DNA of 64,000 nucleotides, taken from contig NC_043006.1 in NCBI RefSeq assembly GCF_006345805.1, positions 10,540,001 through 10,604,000 of the forward strand, written 5' to 3'. A program made the position numbers and the translations under genes. The stretch's first letter is position 1; the number at the start of each line of letters is the position of its first letter. The notes beneath the pieces are model-generated. The model saw nothing but the letters and a program-made list of their open reading frames with translations. It made no database searches and was not told the DNA's origin. The stretch is from Octopus sinensis. Its lineage: Eukaryota. Shown here one piece after another: positions 39,668-52,770 of this stretch.

Positions 39668-39885
39668 TTGCGGGCGAAGTGGCAGAATCGTTAGCACGCT
39701 GGATAAAATGCTGAGCGGTGTTTTGTCCGTCTTTACGATCTGAGTTCAAATACCGCGATGGTCGACTTTGAAGTTTCATTCTTTTCAGATAGCTGAAATA
39801 AGAACCAGTGGACACTAGGCACAATGTAGTTGACTACACCCTTCCCGACAAAAATTTCAGTCCTTGTGCGCAATTGATAGAAAAC
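39668..39885 (+). mobile_element. Degenerate SINE family A copy
   Basis: tggcagaatcgttagcacg...ctgagttcaaat...gtcgactttg. Confidence 0.75.
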
Positions 39886-41289
39886 GTTTTTTCTGGTCGT
39901 AGACTGAGACACGTGAATTTGGTTAAATCTTAGAACGTCCCAGAAATAAAATACTCCACCATCGCCATGACGGCCTCTATACGGACCTGCAAGAAAAGAG
40001 GATACTGTTCAAAATATATAAAAGAAAAGTTGAATATTACAAAATGAAGAGAAACCTGAATTTTTTTCCATTACAGACAGTGTATCCTATAAGCGGCATT
40101 ACATAAATATTGCTATTTACTAAGGGTAAAAATATTGCTATTTACTAAGGGTAAAAATACTGAAAACCAACAGACGTCATGAACATAATGTTAACGTCGG
40201 AAGAAAGTTTCCCATAACAATAATAAACAATCTGTGTAAAGTTTTCACACTGAACTCAGTGGAAAAAGACAAAAGTAATTGTTTCCAACAGAGAATTCGT
40301 ATATTAAATATTTAATGGTTCAATCTATTTACAAAATTAAATACACAGACACCCATATATATTTATACAAACATACAGATATATACACACACACACTCAC
40401 ACACATATATATACATATGAAAATTCATTTATTTATTTAGTTATACTTATTTACTCATATATAGGAATGAATGGATTTATATATATATTTGTATGTAGAT
40501 ATAAGCGCTTGATATACGTATATATTCATGCATATGAAAGTTTGCATATGAATATGACAATACACATACACACACTTATATATATATATATATTATATGT
40601 GTGTGTGTGAGTGTGTGTGTGTGTATGTGTGTGTGTGTGGTGTGTGCATGTATGTATATATACATATACATATATGTATATCTGTATATCCCTGGATTAT
40701 TATATTTCCCCGTTCCCGATTCACCGTTCATCAGACACTAGATAAAATGCCCTTATTGATATCCATTTCTGTAATAGTATTGAACTATTCAAATGAGTAT
40801 ACTAAACTATTAATGCATGGAAATATTATTCAGATACATATAATCGATTAAGTTTTTATACAAGAACAAAATGTCTGTAATATGGACATTTAAATATGCA
40901 TATAGAAACGAATATTTATGCAAAATATACAGTTATATTACAGTGAAGTCTCTTGTCTTACGTGCAATTTGTCGACAACGGATCTCTTTTATCACATTTT
41001 AAACTATAATAATGGAAGAGATTGAACCAATGACACATGTATATACAGGTTTAGGAATAGAATGATTACATATTCATGCTGTTACATGCAGACATTTCAG
41101 TCTCCATAGACAGTGGAAGAGCAGTGTAGAAATGACCGAAATCAGTAACAGAAATTAGATGTGTTTATCGGGATTAAATAAGCATGCAGCGTGACACAAT
41201 GGATTTCAGGGTATTACTGAGGAAACGGAGATGGTGAATAAAGATTGTTGAATCGACATGTTAATATTATGCTCGCATTTACCTAAGCT

Positions 41290-41353
41290 ACATATATGTG
41301 TGTGTGCTTATATGTATGTATATGCGTGTAAATACATACATATATATGTATGT

Positions 41354-41388
<35 letters not shown>

Positions 41389-41447
41389 TATGTATATATA
41401 TTATATATATATGTATATAGATATATATATATATATAATATATATGT

Positions 41448-41479
<32 letters not shown>

Positions 41480-41480
41480 G

Positions 41481-41516
<36 letters not shown>

Positions 41517-41629
41517 TGATATATATATATATATATATATATAGTATATATATATATATGTATATGTATATATGTATATGTATATGTATATATATATGTA
41601 TATGTATATGATATATATATATGTATATA

Positions 41630-41661
<32 letters not shown>

Positions 41662-41712
41662 GTGTATATATATATCTATATGTATATATATATGTATATG
41701 TACATATATGTA

Positions 41713-41743
<31 letters not shown>

Positions 41744-41745
41744 CA
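41290..41745. repeat. Long interrupted (TA)n/(TATG)n microsatellite
   Basis: Seen directly. Confidence 0.95.
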
Positions 41746-41843
41746 TTATACTCAACTTGTGTGTCTGTGTGTGTGTCTATGTGTTTAACCTCCCGGCACA
41801 TCTCCTCCTAGCCAACAAATCGTAGAACCACCAAAAATGGGAA

Positions 41844-42097
41844 ATAGCGGCAGGCGAAATACCTATTTCTTTATTACCCAGACGGGGCTAAACACAGATG
41901 GAACAAACAAGGACAGATATAGGTTATTAAGTCGATTACATCGACCCCATTGCGTAACTGGTACTTGATTTATCGACCCCGAAAGGATGAAAGGCAAAGT
42001 CGACCTCGGCGGAATTTGACCTCACGACGTAACGACAGACGAAATACCGCTCAGGATTTCGCCCGGCGTGCTACCGTTTCTGCCAGCTCGCCGCCTT
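41844..42097 (-). mobile_element. SINE family A, monomer plus the start of a second unit
   Basis: Full head to tail, continuing through the dimer junction for ~20 nt (gcggcaggcgaaatacctatttc). Confidence 0.9.
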
Positions 42098-43059
42098 ATG
42101 CATCATAATAAGAATAGCAAACGTTTCTCTCTCGATAATACTCCAGGGTTTGTGTTACCGATTTTTGACTCGGGTAGAAGCATTATTTAAACATTGTGTA
42201 ATATATATTTGGACGATCTATTGTATACTGCGATTATAAATTAAAAATTAAACATTAAACCTTTACTGCTTGAAGAAGACATCTAGATAAGAATACTGCG
42301 AATAAACGTGATAGGTTAATGGCACAGGGTTTGTGCATAAAAGTGAGAGTTAGTGATAACGAGAGAAAGTGATAACGAAACGGAGTAAGCGAGGAAGGTG
42401 TACAAAATGATGGATAAATAAAATTATAACAAAATAGAAGAATGATATAAAAAGAGCAGAATGGCTATAAAGTTGTATAATGAGGGATACAATAAATTCC
42501 TATCTACTGGAAGTTGGCGAAAGGTAGCATTTATTAGAGGAGAGTAGTCAAATAAATGAAAAATGACTATGATTGACTAAATGTAGTTAGAAAAATGCAG
42601 TGAAGGCGATAAAGGCCTTGTTGCGTAGGAGAATAACATCGTTTATGTTGGAGAGGCGAGTAAAATATCAGAATGGATATATTTAATACGGAGGAGCGTA
42701 GACGATAATAGGCGGGGGATAAAAATTTTATATATTGAAGAAAGGTAAATGGGATGAAGAAATGGATAAGTGGAGAAGGGGAGGGAGAAAGAAATATATT
42801 GACACTTTAGAGAACGTGAATGATCTCTGAATAGAATCCTAAAATATTATTTTAAAAGGTAAAACATAGATTTTACTAGATTTTATTGACAAATTCCACT
42901 TAACGTTCGTATTATAAGGAAAAGAAAGTTATAGTTCTGATAGCTTTCATTTTAGTTCTCCAAATTGCAGCGCTGCTAAGATTGTACGGACGATTAAATA
43001 AGGAATACAAAGATAATATTTTAGTGTTGGAAAACTGTAGAATAAGAAAGAAACTAATA

Positions 43060-43400
43060 TCTACAAGATCACTCAGAGAAAGTAAGCCTCCGCCAAGGCA
43101 ACACCAACGTCCTCTCAACGAAAAGTCGGAGATGATTTTAAAATGAGAATATCTGAAATAAAACTCAAATGCTCTCAGAAACGAAAATACTAAAAATGAA
43201 CATGACCGCTCTCATAAATTATGTAAAAAATCGGGAAAACAATCCAGAATCTTTGTCCGGTACCGGATCGATCCCCACATCTAATCAGTTCGTGCCGGTT
43301 ACAAGGCCAAACATCCCTGAATTTTTTTATCCGAATCCATCCAGCAGTTCTCGATATATCTTGTCCACGGATAGAAAAACAAACAAAGGTGGGGTTAAAA
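43060..43400 (-). mobile_element. Helentron-associated (HINE/DINE-1-like) non-autonomous element
   Basis: Similar to 45272-45508. Subterminal ttggcggagg motif followed by ctctgagtg; tttg/tctg simple repeat near the other end. Class assignment rests on recalled HINE architecture. Confidence 0.6.
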
Positions 43401-43475
43401 ATTGAGAAAAAGGAGAAAAGGTGGAAGAGAAAGTAATGGTAAAAAGAAGACAGTTATATTCATATTTATATTATA

Positions 43476-44237
43476 CTAGCATTATGACCCGGCAACGACG
43501 GGTCATAGTGCTAGTGCATGTATATATGTGTATATATATGTGTACATATTACATGTACATCTATATATATACAATAATAAATCTCTAGACGAGATATAAA
43601 CAGTAACTGCTCTATAACATAAGGGGCATCAGCCATCTGAATGTGGCTAGGGACAGGGCAGGGCGGTGGGGGTGTTACTGATGCATTTAGCCCCAGGTGA
43701 TCATCAACGTCACCAGGAGGGCTGACACCATCTCGGTGTCCTCTAGCCTGCAAAGGGAGATCATTCCCCGAAGAAGCGGATGCTACATACGGACCAGGTT
43801 TCAAGGTTTTTTGCCTATTATCAACGCATGGTAAGCACCGCTCTCCGACGAATAACTCTCTGTACAGGCTATATATATAAGGATTTTCCAGTAAAAACAT
43901 TTACTGATGGCTGATGCCCCTTATGTTATAGAGCAGTTACTGTTTATATCTCGTCTAGAGATTTATTATTGCTTTCGAACGGATTTTCTACATCAGTAAA
44001 TGTGTTTACTGGAAAATCCTTAAATATATATAAAATCCTTAAATATCGTAGTGATATTGCTGTGGGCTCGCCCTAGGCAAAACGTTAAAATTTCTTTTTG
44101 CCGATGACACTCTCCGGACCCTAAGTAAGACATGTGTAAAATTTTAATGAAATTGGTAGTGTAGTTCTCAAGTTTTAGGGAAACACACAGACAGACTGAC
44201 AGACATACACACATTCTCAGTTTTATATATAGAGAGA
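43476..44237 (-). mobile_element. Rearranged non-autonomous Helitron
   Basis: Minus-strand A|TCtctctatatataaaa start at 44237; hairpin and CTAG|T end at 43476; internal inverted duplications. Confidence 0.7.
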
Positions 44238-44239
44238 TA

Positions 44240-44386
44240 TATTTCTTTACTGCCCACAAGGGGCTAAAAAAAGAGTGGACAAACAAGAGTAGAGAAGGGG
44301 ATTATGTCGATTACATCGAACCCAGTGCGAAATTGGTTCTTTATTTATCGACCCCGAAAGGATGAAAGGCAAAGTCGACCTCGGTG
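44240..44386 (-). mobile_element. 5'-truncated SINE family A copy
   Basis: atcgaccccgaaaggatgaaaggcaaagtcgacctcgg and the family A tail. Confidence 0.85.
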
Positions 44387-45271
44387 GTCATATTTATATT
44401 ATATATGTTATATGGAAAAGCAATAAAATTCAGTTGGGAATTGCACGCGATTGGAAAGATTAGTATTGCTTTACTTATATCGAGAAAAAGACAAGGGGTC
44501 ATGAGACGGTAATTTTCAATCTTCTACAAAATAGTTTTCAACTACAGATGGATACGAGAGAGCTTTGACACAAACTACTAATGAGGAAGTAAAAAAATTA
44601 AGTATCTCTTGATATTCAGGGAATTTATAGTAACTTCAACAACATCGATGGTTTTCAAAGAAAATCCACATATAAACCTGCTGGATTATCAAGTCTATAT
44701 TTAGAATGTTTATTTACGATAAACTTGCTTTCATACTGATATTTCGAAATTAGCTAATGTGACAGGTTGGCGTGAAACGTCAAAACGATTAATATTTTAT
44801 TAGTGTATAAGGAGCATAATCCTGTCCTTCCAGCCTATTGTTTGGAAAGGATTATCATTCTAAAAGCAAATTAGCGTTACGTAACATATACATTTTTTTC
44901 AGAAGTCATATAATTCAAAATTAAACCAGTGAATTTTTAAATTTATTTTTTGTCCTTCGTGTCTTCTAACTTCTGTGTGTGAACTCCATATCTGCTCCTA
45001 AGCATGTCTTTTAAGCCTAAATGCATTCATTGTACAGAACAGTGTTTGCAAAATTCTTTCATTGGACACGGTAAAAAATGTTTTCCTCTATCTTTTATCC
45101 CTTTTATCCCTGTGAGATTAATGGTGTGTCCTTTCTTTCCGTCCCTAAAAGACATACTCCTTTAAGACAAAATTGTTCTTTAAATAGAATATTATTTATA
45201 AATGTTTTCGCTGATTTCAGCCTCTTAATGTTACCTTCATCTTTGAATATATATATATATATATATGAAAT

Positions 45272-45506
45272 ATACTCAAATGCTCGCACAAGCGAAAATA
45301 CTAAAAATGAACACCACCGCTCTCTTAAATTACGTAAAAAATCGGAAAAATAATTCAGAGTCTGATACCGGATCGATACTCACATCTAATGAGTTCGTGC
45401 TAGTTACCAAAGCCAAACATCTCTGAAAGTTTCACCCGAATCCATCCAGAGGTTCTTGATATATCTCGTCCACGTACAGACAAACAAAGGCGGAGGTAAA
45501 ACAGGC

Positions 45507-45508
<2 letters not shown>
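45272..45508 (-). mobile_element. HINE-like element, second copy
   Basis: Collinear with 43165-43400; ends in ggcggaggtaa, the inverse of the motif at 43087. Confidence 0.6.
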
Positions 45509-45572
<64 letters not shown>

Positions 45573-45835
45573 CCATGAGATTATAGTCGTGCTTTTCCGC
45601 CGAGTTTCTGAACAAAAAGTTATGTTGTGCATATACACTTCTTGAGATACGTTTTTTACAGCTGAAAAGTCTAGTTTGATGTTACATTTAAACTGAATAC
45701 AACTTTCTTCTTAAATATTTTCCCATGAATTAATAATGCTACAATTGCGTCTCTGGTGCTAAAATGACCTAAAGATATTGAGGTAGTATCTTCTGTTGAG
45801 TCGAAAAATCAAATGTTAATATTACTCCTACAGGT

Positions 45836-46020
45836 AACACGACGAGTTGGCGGAATCATTAGCACGCCGGAGACATTCCGTTCAGATTCTGCCGTGGCTG
45901 ACTTTACCTTTCGTCCTTCAGCTTTCGATAACATGAATACTACTTGAGCACTCTTGTCGATGTAATTGACTCACTCCTACCCCTAAAAGTCCTGGCCTTG
46001 TGCTAAAAATTTGAAACCAT
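45836..46020 (+). mobile_element. Degenerate SINE family A copy
   Basis: gagttggcggaatcattagcacgccgg...gactttacctttcgtcctt. Confidence 0.7.
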
Positions 46021-47458
46021 TATTACTCTTATAGATGGTATTTCTATGCAGTAAATATCATGTCACTTATCTAAAGTGTGATAAAACCAATTCGTCATAA
46101 ACCCCTTCACGCATTTCGCTATTGATAAATAACAAGTTTCAAAAGTTATGCATTCGAATGTTCAACCCGAGGCCTACTTAGGTGTTTTTGTAACCTTTTT
46201 ACAATGCAGTTTTCTTAGGAACTCAAATCAATTTATCTTCAGAATTTGTTGTCTAGAAAATTTTATATTCCATGAATATTATATATACATATATGTGTGT
46301 GCATATGTATTTGTGTGTCTGTGTGTGTGTATCTTTGCATATACGCACTGTACACCCACATATATATGTACGTATATGTCCATGTACTATGTATTATATA
46401 TTATACATTATATATGGTTATATACGCATATATTATCAGTCATTGTAGCTTAGTTGTTTTCAGTTAGACACAATAAGATTTAGTAGACAACTATAGAAGA
46501 AAGTTTTTAAAATAAACCAATTTCCTGAGAATCTCAAATGAAATCCTCTGAATAGCCACTGGTACAATTCATCTTTTGAATCAATATTATTGCATTTTAG
46601 TTTGCGGTATTGAGTCCCTCCGTTCGGGTAATTGAATTTCATACCATTGTAAAACTATCAATTTAATGCGGGTATGTGTGACTATACGTAAAGCTTATAT
46701 AATTATGTAAATGTCTACGATTTTGGCGTGTGTATGTGTATGAATGTAGGTATTTAAAAAAGTTTTTAGCAAATAAATGTATATATAAATAATTTTAGAA
46801 TAAAAACCCTGCCTGTGAAATGTTGAGACCTTTTAATTATCAATATCAATGAATTAAGTTTTACCTTTTAACTAATTCATTTTCAATTTATTGGCAAACT
46901 TATTTGTTAGGATGAATTAGTTTTAGAAGTTGTTTTATCTGCATCCATTAGTTTCTGTATTAAATTATTTATTGTCCGAGTACATCGATACTTTCAAACT
47001 TCATATTTATACACACACACATATATTATATATACATGCACTTGTGTTTGTCATATATATATAAACATATACGATATATATATATATATAATTTACTTTG
47101 TGTGTATGAATAATTCCATATTATCTAGCTATGATTTTTTTATATCTAACATAAAATGTACTTGGGAAATGTGCCAGATATTTGATGTTTTGATGTTACT
47201 ACCAAGTGTAAATTCTGATGATATTTAGAGAAATAAATCACAATGTTTTTAATTGTGGCTCCTCTCTTTGGCTGAAAGCCACGTATTTATTTTAGAAAGG
47301 GGTCATATAATCGATTGAGTCCATCCATTACATTACTGGTATTTGATTTTATCTGAAATAGTACAGTGGGCCGCAAACATAACTTCCACGGGTTTTTAAT
47401 AAATAATTGTTACAAAACATAGTGACGCATGTAATCGAGATATAATACGGTTAGTGAT

Positions 47459-47696
47459 ATACCTATTTCTTTACTACCGACAAGGGGTTAAACACAGAGA
47501 GGACAAACAAGGACAGACAAACGGATTAAGTCGATTATATCGACCCCAGTGCGTCACTGGTACTTATTTAATCGACCCCGTAAGGATGAAAGGCAAAGTC
47601 GACTTCGGCAGAATTTGAACTCAGAACGTAGCGGTAAACGAAATACCGCTAAGTATTTCGTCCGGCATCCTAACGATTCTGCCAGCTCGCCGCCTT
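47459..47696 (-). mobile_element. SINE family A with TSD
   Basis: Near-consensus copy. TSD acggttag(t/g)gatatacct at 47447-47464 and 47697-47714. Confidence 0.92.
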
Positions 47697-47744
47697 ACGG
47701 TTAGGGATATACCTCCTTTACAATATTTATTTCTATATTAATAT

Positions 47745-48180
47745 GGCGAACAGACACGAATGTTAGCACGCCTCGCAAAATACTCATCGACATTTTGTCC
47801 GTCATGATGTTCTGAGTTCATAATCTGCCTAGGTGGACTTTGCCATAACCCTTTCCCGACCGATAAAATACCACTTGAATATTGGCGGTCAATGTAAACG
47901 ATTTATCCTCTCTTCCAAACCTGCTGACTTTCTGCCAAACTTTGAAAGCAGTATTTATTTCGAAGTCAAAACTATTCAAGATCCTGAGTTTGCAAAATCC
48001 TTTTAACGCCGACCAAAATGAGTGGCTGCATTTTTCTGGCTCTTTATATTCTGAGTTCAAATTCCGCCGAGATCAACTTTGTATTTCATCTTTCCGCGGT
48101 TGTTACAATTGATCGGTAGGATGGATATCATCAACTAACACCATCCCTCTACAATATTTTGTTCGTACAGTAGATCTTAC
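47745..48180 (+). mobile_element. Two degenerate SINE family A copies
   Basis: gttagcacgcc...ttctgagttca...gactttgcc, and a second ttctgagttcaaattccgccgag. Confidence 0.6.
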
Positions 48181-49659
48181 ATTAAATATTTCTGACTTAA
48201 GTACACAGTTACAAATTTCGGGTGAGTGATATAATCGATCGTATCCACCCTAGTTTCTGAATGGTACTTATGTTTCGAACTGAGAGGCGTCAAAGATGAC
48301 TTCGATTAGGAGCGAAGTATTGGAACATAACGAAATTATATACTTTAATTTTGGGTTTATTTTTTCTTTTGCTATGCAATTTAAAGCTTTTGAACCTCAG
48401 ACGTTGCAAAGTTAATTTCCATTTAACTTATGATTTTATTTATACTTGTGATGCCTTCATTGTAATTTAACTGTCTTCTACTTCCGTCTTCTTCTCTCGT
48501 ATGTTATAAATCCCTTTCTGTGAATATAAGAGAATCTGATATTTTTGCAGCTAATTTTCATTGAAATTTTATTCTATATAAGGTACATTACTAAAGATTG
48601 AGACATTTACATTTTACATATATATAAATTATGCACACTTATTAAATTTAAGTAATCGACATACAACTTATATTGTACGATCGTCAACATTCCACAGTGG
48701 GGTGTAAAAATACTGTCATTTTTTAATCTCCCCACACTTTTACCTGACAGCCGTGATCAGATTAAAACTTTGATGTTTCTTTTCTTCAATTATGATATCA
48801 TTTTCGTAGAACATTGTTCAATTATGAAAGGGGTGACTGTGACAGCTTCAGAGACCTTATCCCATATGTGACGGAGTATAATGTATCTGGTGAAGAGGTT
48901 TCACCCGAGTTTGCATCGTGGATTTACGATGGGATTGAGTTCTTTGTTCCATCTTACAAGTTCCATTTGAGACTTGACTCTTCTTTTTCTTCGTTCTCTC
49001 CTGCCTGTACAGCAGCCCCTTTCTCAGCAAACACTGCTCCCTTGACTCCATCAGTGAGAAAAGAACTAACGGGAATATGCAGAATTTCTGCGTTGCTCGT
49101 AACGAAAGCAAAACAGTCATTGATGTTGCCAAAGTCTCTGTACACCCAAAGCACCCATGACCATCTTGTCTCACAAAACCTTAACTCTCACGACTTCTGA
49201 AGAATCAGCAGTAATGTTTTCAGCAAGGGCAAATCGTCTATTTCTCCTTTCTTTCATAGGCCATAATTTCCTACAATTTCGAGGGCCAAGGTTGAGCTGT
49301 TTGTTCGCCGGTGCTCTGCTAATTTTATTTTAGATTGCACATAGGCGCAGGAGTGGCTGTGTGGTAAGTAGCTTGCTAACCAACCACATGGTTCCGGGTT
49401 CAGTCCCACTGCGTGGCATCTTGGGCAAGTGTCTTCTGCTATAGCCCCGGGCCGACCAATGCCTTGTGAGTGGATTTGGTAGACGGAAACTGAAAGAGGC
49501 CTGTCGTATATATGTATATTTATATATATATATATATATATGAATAAAAACTGGAGTTAAACAAGTATTTTTACTTTCTACGTATGTTTCGAAAATTCCA
49601 CTGATACTTATTCAAAAGAATAAAAGGTATAAACAATGCAATCTTCTAATTAATCTGAA

Positions 49660-49887
49660 GCAAACTCGGGTCAAAACTCTTCACCAGATACATTATAATC
49701 CGTCACATATGGGATAAGGTCTCTGAAGCTGTCACAGCCACCCCTTTCATAATTGAACAATGTTCTACGAAAATGATATCATAATTGAAGAAAAGAAACG
49801 TCAAAGTTTTAATCTGATCACGGCTGTCAGGTAAAAGTGTGGGAAGATTAAAAAATGACAGTATTTTTACACCCCACTATGGAATGT
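49660..49887 (-). repeat. 228-bp inverted copy of 48687-48914
   Basis: Base-by-base reverse complement with only a handful of differences. Confidence 0.95.
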
Positions 49888-49921
49888 ATATATGTATATA
49901 TGTATATGTATATATGTATAA

Positions 49922-50266
49922 GTGAAGGCGCATGGCTCAGTGGTTAGAGCGTCGAGCTTACGATCGTGAGGTTGTGAGCTCGAATCCTGGACCGAGCTGC
50001 GAGTTGTGTTCTTGAGCAAGACACTTTATTTCACGTTGCTCCAGTTCACTCAGCTGTAGAAATGAGTTGCGACGTCACAGGTGCCAAGCTGTATCGACCT
50101 TTGTCTTTCCCTTGGATAACACTGGTGGCGTGGAGAGGGGAGGCCGGTATGCATGGGCGACTACTGGTCTTCCATAAAACAACCTTGCCCAGACTTGTGC
50201 CTCAGAGGGTAACTCTCTAGGTGCAAACCCATGGTCACTCATGACCGAAGGGGGTCTTTACCCTTT
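49922..50266 (+). mobile_element. tRNA-derived SINE family C nested in SINE B
   Basis: tggctcagtggttagagc A box and gagctcgaatcc B box; matches 36381-36720. Confidence 0.92.
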
Positions 50267-51633
50267 ATATGTATGTGTGTGTGTGTTTGTGTGTCTGTGT
50301 TTGTCCCCCTAGCATTGCTTGACAACCGATGCTGGTGTGTTTACGTCCCCGTCACTTAGCGGTTCGGCAAAACAGACCGATAGAATAAGTACTGGGCTTA
50401 CAAAGAATAAGTCCCGGGGTCGATTTGCTCGACTAAAGGCGTTGCTCCAGCATGGCCGCAGTCAAATGACTGAAACAAGTAAAAGAGTAAAAGAGTAAGT
50501 CATATTTGTCTGCGTTTCATACAAAACCTCCTAATAGCCGCATTATCTTACTGCATATAACAGCTAAAATGGTTGCAGGAGTGATTGAAGAACTGGATCC
50601 ATTTTAGTTTAGTGGTCCTGATGCTATACCGGTCGTCGTTTTTCAGCAATGCAACCCTGAACTAGATCCTTCTTATTTCGACATTGTTCAACAAATTTCT
50701 CTCCGATTCTTGCTTTCTGTTCCTTGGAAATCTTCGTTTGTTTTCTTCTTTTCAAGAATAGTGAGGAAATGTCTGCCCTACACAATTATCGTCCTATAAG
50801 ACTTCTTCCTGTAATAAATAAAATCTTTTAATATAATTTTCGTGCATCTAGGCCTACTTTTATATCTCAATGATTATATTTTTCACTTAACTCTTCTGGT
50901 AAAGCAAGAGTCATAGTTCTTCGAGTTCCGAAGGCTTTTGACGAAGCATCACACATTGGACTAATTCATAAACTCGGAAATTCTGGATTGTTTTGAACTT
51001 CTCTTAACACCATAAAGTCGTTTCTTTTAAATGTGGCCCTTCATAGATGACAATCAGATTAATTAGCTATCAATGCCGGGGTGCCTTAAGGTTCTGTAAT
51101 TAGTCCAATACCATTAACCCTTTTCAATAATAACCTTCCAGATCATATCATATCTGAATTTACCGTCCATGCCGATAACACTAGATTTTGCTTCTGTGAT
51201 GATAAGACAATGAGTCTTCAGCAAGCTGCTTTCTTGAGGATGATTTTTGAGCAGTTGGTGGCGTAGGGTAGTGACTGACTGTTCATAATGGTCGCATGAC
51301 AAAGCTTCTTTTTCAGTTAAATGGGTAGCAATTATTTCAAGCAATTTCTGCGTTTGATGTTGAATTCAAATGCTGCTGGTTTCGTTTTTCCCACTGTGTT
51401 AAAAAAATAACTCAAATATATTTATTGTTTTGATAGATATTCATTTCCTACGTCTTAATTTTTTACACATTTTAATTTTCAATTCTATATTTTGACTCAC
51501 CCAGTTTCAGTTTTATGTAACCCATTTGTTCAATCCCACCTACATGAGTTTTGCAAAATTCTAATCGTATGCTTTCATAATGTGTATATATGAATAAATT
51601 TGCATTCTGTAGCTGAACGCCAGAAAAAAAGAA

Positions 51634-51634
<1 letters not shown>

Positions 51635-51693
<59 letters not shown>

Positions 51694-51745
51694 GATGTTG
51701 TTGTTACTGCTGTTGATTTTGTTGTTGTTGTTGTTGTTGTTTATG
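51635..51745. repeat. (TTA)n(TTG)n microsatellite
   Basis: Seen directly. Confidence 0.95.
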
Positions 51746-52770
51746 TTATAACTCTTTCTTGGAAAAGACATTTTCCCTTGTGCCTGTTAGGGTTAAATTT
51801 TTTTGTCCGCTGTTGTGATTTTACCAAAACCTCCAAAGAACTGATCGATTCCTTTGTTTTTTTGTGTATTCTTTTTTTTCTTTGTCTCTTAGGGATACAA
51901 CATCTGAGTAGACAATCTCCAAGAATCATTGCATTGAACAAAATATCAATTCTAAATATGGCGTTATATTTGTCAGGCAACCAATGAACCTGCCAACCAG
52001 AAGGGGGAAATCAGGAGGCGTTGTTGAGAGGAAAAATGAAACTTGCCAATCAAAGCATCCCCTCCGACTTCTTCTGACTGTCCAATGTAGCCGCACCATC
52101 AGCTCTACTGCGACGAGTGACAACAAAAACAGCAGTAACGTGAACAAAAGCAACAACAACAGTAATAAGTACTACTGAATCAACAACATACCGAAGAAAA
52201 AGAACAACCTAACAAAGGTCAATGCGAACAACAATCAAAAAATAAATAGGAAGCCGCCATCAAAACTGTCAATCTTTTTTTCATTTCGGCATAAACGAAA
52301 TTTAGTACGATGAAAAAAAAAAAAAACATCACCACCACTACGATCTTCACATTTAGGAATGCAGAAAGTGTCAAAAACGAGGATATTGCTGCTGCTTCTA
52401 TTTAAAACTACTGTGGTCAGTGAAAACAGAATTAGTAGGAACAATAAAATATACCGCCAGATCACATGATGAAATAGAATTTTCGCGAATCTAATACAAT
52501 CAGCCGCAAAAAAAACGAGGCAAAATATGAAAATGCAAAGAGACGACATAATGCGGGTGGGAAAACGTATATGAAGAGAATGGACAAGAATCAAACGGGA
52601 AAAGCCATGCAGCCTTTTCAAAGAAGTAAAACAATGCCTTATGATATAGAGATGCATAAGTTTAAGGAATTAAAATGGAAAGATATTGACCCCTGCATAG
52701 ATGGAATGATGCCTGCAGTTAGTATTGGAATACCGTACTTTGACCTAACGCGGTAGATTTTATAGCAAGA

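Larger units (their letters stand above)
49343..50498 (+). mobile_element. SINE family B carrying two insertions in its internal microsatellite
   Basis: The 5' half (49343-49510) and 3' half (50270-50498) both match family B. Confidence 0.92.
48760..51200 (+). mobile_element. Decayed CR1-clade LINE ORF2 (linker and RT), interrupted by nested insertions at 49343-50498
   Basis: Left of the insertion: FNYERGDCDSFRD...SWIYDGIEFFVPS...FSPACTAA...SQNLNSHDF*RI...KGKSSI...KVELF. Right of it: SGPDAIPVVVF..CNPEL, NYRPIRLL, KAFD and INAGVP*GSVISP. Confidence 0.85.

Noticed and set aside
40105-40159. 25-bp perfect tandem duplication
   Set aside because: An ordinary slippage duplication with nothing inserted between the copies.
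43511-43900. 129-aa ORF of ordinary composition
   Set aside because: Spans rearranged Helitron-internal sequence and ends in microsatellite; no domain recognised.
49922-50000. tRNA-like sequences (also 16570-16646, 16700-16790, 32305-32370, 36640-36720)
   Set aside because: They have A/B-box-like motifs but no complete cloverleaf, and most continue into SINE bodies; treated as SINE heads or remnants, not tRNA genes.
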